Under the pieces are notes generated by a model. That model was not told the origin of the DNA and did not search any database. It saw nothing but the letters and a program-made list of their open reading frames with translations. From Abditibacteriaceae bacterium (GTDB lineage: Bacteria; Armatimonadota; Abditibacteriia; Abditibacteriales; Abditibacteriaceae): 29,090 bases of DNA. Positions 26,437 to 29,090 of the stretch are shown here, piece after piece (within the stretch, counting starts at the first letter, position 1; each line of letters opens with the position of its first letter). The stretch spans positions 1-29,090 of the forward strand of contig JANPJS010000074.1 in NCBI GenBank assembly GCA_031425655.1. The letters are read 5' to 3'. Made by a program: the position numbers and the translations under genes.

Positions 26437-28959
26437 ATGAAAGCCCCCTCACCGCCAACTCTAAAAGTGATGCAGCACACGACCGCAACGAGTAAGTGCT
26501 GTCTGTCCGCCGTTTTAATGTCGTTTCTGGCGACAATCGGCTTTTCTGCGGCATCGGCGCAAGTTGCGCCCAATCTGGCTAAGGTATCGGGCCGGCCTCA
26601 GCCTGACCTCAAGTTGAGCGTGACGGATGTGAACTGCCTCGCATGGTCTCCCGATGGGGCGACTCTTGCCAGCGGCAACGGTCGTGGCGTCGTGAAATTG
26701 TGGGACACGCGCACGGGCGCTTTGCGCCGCGCTTTTCACCTCCACGCCCAGTGGAACGTTACGGCACTGGCCTATTCCCGTGATAGCAAGCTCTTAGTCA
26801 GCGGAGCCGGAGCGGGAACGGTCAAGCTGTGGAACGCCCAAACGGGAGAGGTGGTGCGAGACTTTAAGCAGGAGGGAGCGGAAACCGCGCACGAAGCTGA
26901 TGTCACTTCTCTGGCCTGGTCGCCTGATGGTAAAACCGTGGCCAGCGCAAGCGAGGATGACACCGTGGTGAACTGGGATGTGGCAACGGGCGCGCCTCTT
27001 TATACCTTGAGAGGGCACAAGGACGATGTGAGGTCAATCGCCTTCTCGCCCGATGGAGCCACCTTAGCCAGCGGCGGCGACGATGACCTGAAGTTATGGG
27101 ACGCGCGCACCGGAGCGCCCCAGGCTGATCTCAAGCCTTTTGCTGATGACGTAAAAGATTTAGCGTGGTCGCCCGACGGAACAACCATAGCCATCGCGGT
27201 TCAGCCTCTGATAATGTGGGACAGGCGCACACAGCAGATGCTGAATAAAGAAAAAGCCCTTCCCTTTTCGAATACCCCCCAAGCCACCGTCGTGGCGTTT
27301 TCGCCGGACGGCAGCCTACTGGCAACGGGGCATTATGGCGATACCGCGACGAGCGGCTGCGACGTGCGGCTTTGGGATGCTCACTCCCTGGCGTTGAAGC
27401 AAACATTCACAGGCCACAAACTACCGATTGAAGATATAGTCTTTTCTCCCGATGGGAAAACTCTGGCCAGTGCCGGTATGGAGGGAACGATCAAGCTGTG
27501 GCCGGTTTCGGGACGCCGCTCGCCCGTCACTTTGGCGAGTATGCTGAGCATTCTTGACCCGGACGGTTCGCATTGGATTGCGATGACCGACGAGGGCTTT
27601 TTCGAGACTTCTCCGGCGGCTCTGCTAAACCAGAAATGGCGCATCAGCAAGGAGACTCCGCTTGGCCAACCGTTCAAAAGCGCCTTTCACCGGCCTGATG
27701 TTTTGCAGCGCCTGCTGCAACCGGAGCCGATTGACCCGAAGTCTGCGATAGGCCTTTTATTGGCTGCTCACAGCGCGCCGCCGTCGGTGGCTTTTGTCTC
27801 GCCTGAGAACCAAGTCAAGGTCAAAGGCGAGAGTGTCAATGTGCAGGTCGTGGCCAGCGATGACATCGCCGTGCAGCAGCTTGAATTTCGCGTCAATGGC
27901 CGTCCCGTCCCGGTTTCGTTCAGCACCGGCGCGACTCAGGAAATTAACGAGGCGAACCGCGAGCGGGTGTTGGCAGGCAAAGCCGCGCCCGCTTTGCACA
28001 CCGCTGCCGTGACTTACCGCGCTGCCATTCCACTGCCGCCGGGTGAAAGCAAAATCTTAGTGCGGGCTATTGCCCGTGATGCCGGCGGCATGGAGGGAAC
28101 CGCCGACATTTTCGTCGAGCAGGAACTGACAACGGCACGAGGCGTGGTTTTTAATACGCTCCGTGGAGCCGACGCGCGAGAAGCGGAAAAGGCTTTTCAG
28201 GGCGACTTACACGTTTTGTCTATCGGAGTGAGCAAATACCAGAACGCCGCCTACAATCTGCGTTATCCGGTCGCGGATGCCACTTCTTTTGCCAACTTAT
28301 GGCTGCCGATGAAAGATCGCCTTTACCGCAACGTCGTGGTGACGCAATTAGCCGATGACAAAGCGACGGCCCCGGCGATCCAGTCAGCGTTGAACAAGCT
28401 GATTGAAACGACCACCAACAAAGATACCGTCTTAATCTTCCTCGCAGGCCACGGCATGAAAGCGAACGATCAGGATTTCTATTTTGCATCGCACGAGATT
28501 GACTTCAAGCAGCCGCAGAAAACGGCATTGCCCTGGACATCTCTGACCGATGTTTTGGCCAGAGTGCCCGCTAAACGAGTCGTGCTTTTTCTGGACGCCT
28601 GCCATTCGGGGTCGGCATTAGGCGGGGCGCAAGCGTCCAACGAGCGCATGGCCGAATCGCTGGTCAAGCGTGCCGGAGTCATGGTCTTCGCCAGCAGTCG
28701 GGGCGATCAAGCGTCTTTGGAAAGCCCTCAATGGGGACACGGCGCGTTCACCAAAGCCGTTTTGGAAGGCATCGCGGAAGGCAAGGCGAACTTAGACAGC
28801 GGAGCCGGCGCGGACGGCAACATCACCGTGGCCAAGCTGTTAGTCTATTTGCAGGCGCGCGTGCCCAAACTCACAGGCGATCAGCAGCACCCGGCTTGCC
28901 CATTAATGCAGGATTTTGGCGAACCGTTTCAGTTAGCCAGATTGGCAAGCCCCAATTAA
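26437..28959 (+). CDS. WD40-repeat protein with C-terminal caspase-like (peptidase C14) domain, probably secreted
   Basis: Seven WD40 repeats ([WFY]SxD..LASG...V.LW), an Ig-like linker, and catalytic FLAGHG and LDACHSG motifs. Start uncertain: the ATG at 26437 has an AAGGA RBS; 26470 and 26518 are alternatives. Confidence 0.88.
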   Translation: MKAPSPPTLKVMQHTTATSKCCLSAVLMSFLATIGFSAASAQVAPNLAKVSGRPQPDLKLSVTDVNCLAWSPDGATLASGNGRGVVKLWDTRTGALRRAFHLHAQWNVTALAYSRDSKLLVSGAGAGTVKLWNAQTGEVVRDFKQEGAETAHEADVTSLAWSPDGKTVASASEDDTVVNWDVATGAPLYTLRGHKDDVRSIAFSPDGATLASGGDDDLKLWDARTGAPQADLKPFADDVKDLAWSPDGTTIAIAVQPLIMWDRRTQQMLNKEKALPFSNTPQATVVAFSPDGSLLATGHYGDTATSGCDVRLWDAHSLALKQTFTGHKLPIEDIVFSPDGKTLASAGMEGTIKLWPVSGRRSPVTLASMLSILDPDGSHWIAMTDEGFFETSPAALLNQKWRISKETPLGQPFKSAFHRPDVLQRLLQPEPIDPKSAIGLLLAAHSAPPSVAFVSPENQVKVKGESVNVQVVASDDIAVQQLEFRVNGRPVPVSFSTGATQEINEANRERVLAGKAAPALHTAAVTYRAAIPLPPGESKILVRAIARDAGGMEGTADIFVEQELTTARGVVFNTLRGADAREAEKAFQGDLHVLSIGVSKYQNAAYNLRYPVADATSFANLWLPMKDRLYRNVVVTQLADDKATAPAIQSALNKLIETTTNKDTVLIFLAGHGMKANDQDFYFASHEIDFKQPQKTALPWTSLTDVLARVPAKRVVLFLDACHSGSALGGAQASNERMAESLVKRAGVMVFASSRGDQASLESPQWGHGAFTKAVLEGIAEGKANLDSGAGADGNITVAKLLVYLQARVPKLTGDQQHPACPLMQDFGEPFQLARLASPN

Positions 28960-29009
28960 GCATTCACCTTAGCAGTGGAGTGTGTTAGGCAGGCGAAATA
29001 AAGAAGGGT

Positions 29010-29090
29010 TGTCATTCTGAGCTTGCGAAGAATCTCTGCGTAAGAGGCTCCACACTGATCCTGAGCAAAATAACGCAGAGGCCGAGATTC
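29010..29090. repeat. GTCATTCYGAGC..GAATCT-type palindrome, cut by the window end
   Basis: TGTCATTCTGAGC..CGAAGAATCTC at left and complementary GAGATTC at the window end; inner CTCTGCGT/ACGCAGAG pair. Confidence 0.65.

Overview
Moderately GC-rich bacterial chromosomal window. The DUF1559 prepilin-type gene suggests Abditibacteriota/Armatimonadota, though this is inference only. Coding content: a small minus-strand operon (heme-c DUF3365-like protein, aldo/keto reductase, DUF6882-like protein, Zn-finger membrane protein); carbohydrate and central metabolism genes (GH99/WbsX-like, GH32, acs, alpha-glucan phosphorylase, GH51); a PAS-PAS-PP2C phosphatase; and a surface-polysaccharide cluster (GT2, three GT4s alternating with two GT9-like paralogs, rfbF, NDP-sugar C-methyltransferase, truncated rfbC) followed by a WD40-caspase gene. 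The most striking content is non-coding. (1) A four-helix-bundle (IVP/Avd-like) gene is wrapped in AGTGAAA heptamer repeats and a 50-bp hairpin, and a gene-less copy of that hairpin with a 15/16-identical loop lies 23 kb away. (2) A 221-bp ISAs1-type MITE has an exact 10-bp target duplication and contains a second palindrome. (3) An 18-nt mini-hairpin occurs three times, each time inside a different palindrome family. (4) A duplicated 3' end of the phosphorylase gene brackets a small foreign cassette. (5) Several palindrome families sit right at stop codons between co-oriented genes. All counts were made by eye, and family names come from motif recognition, not database searches.
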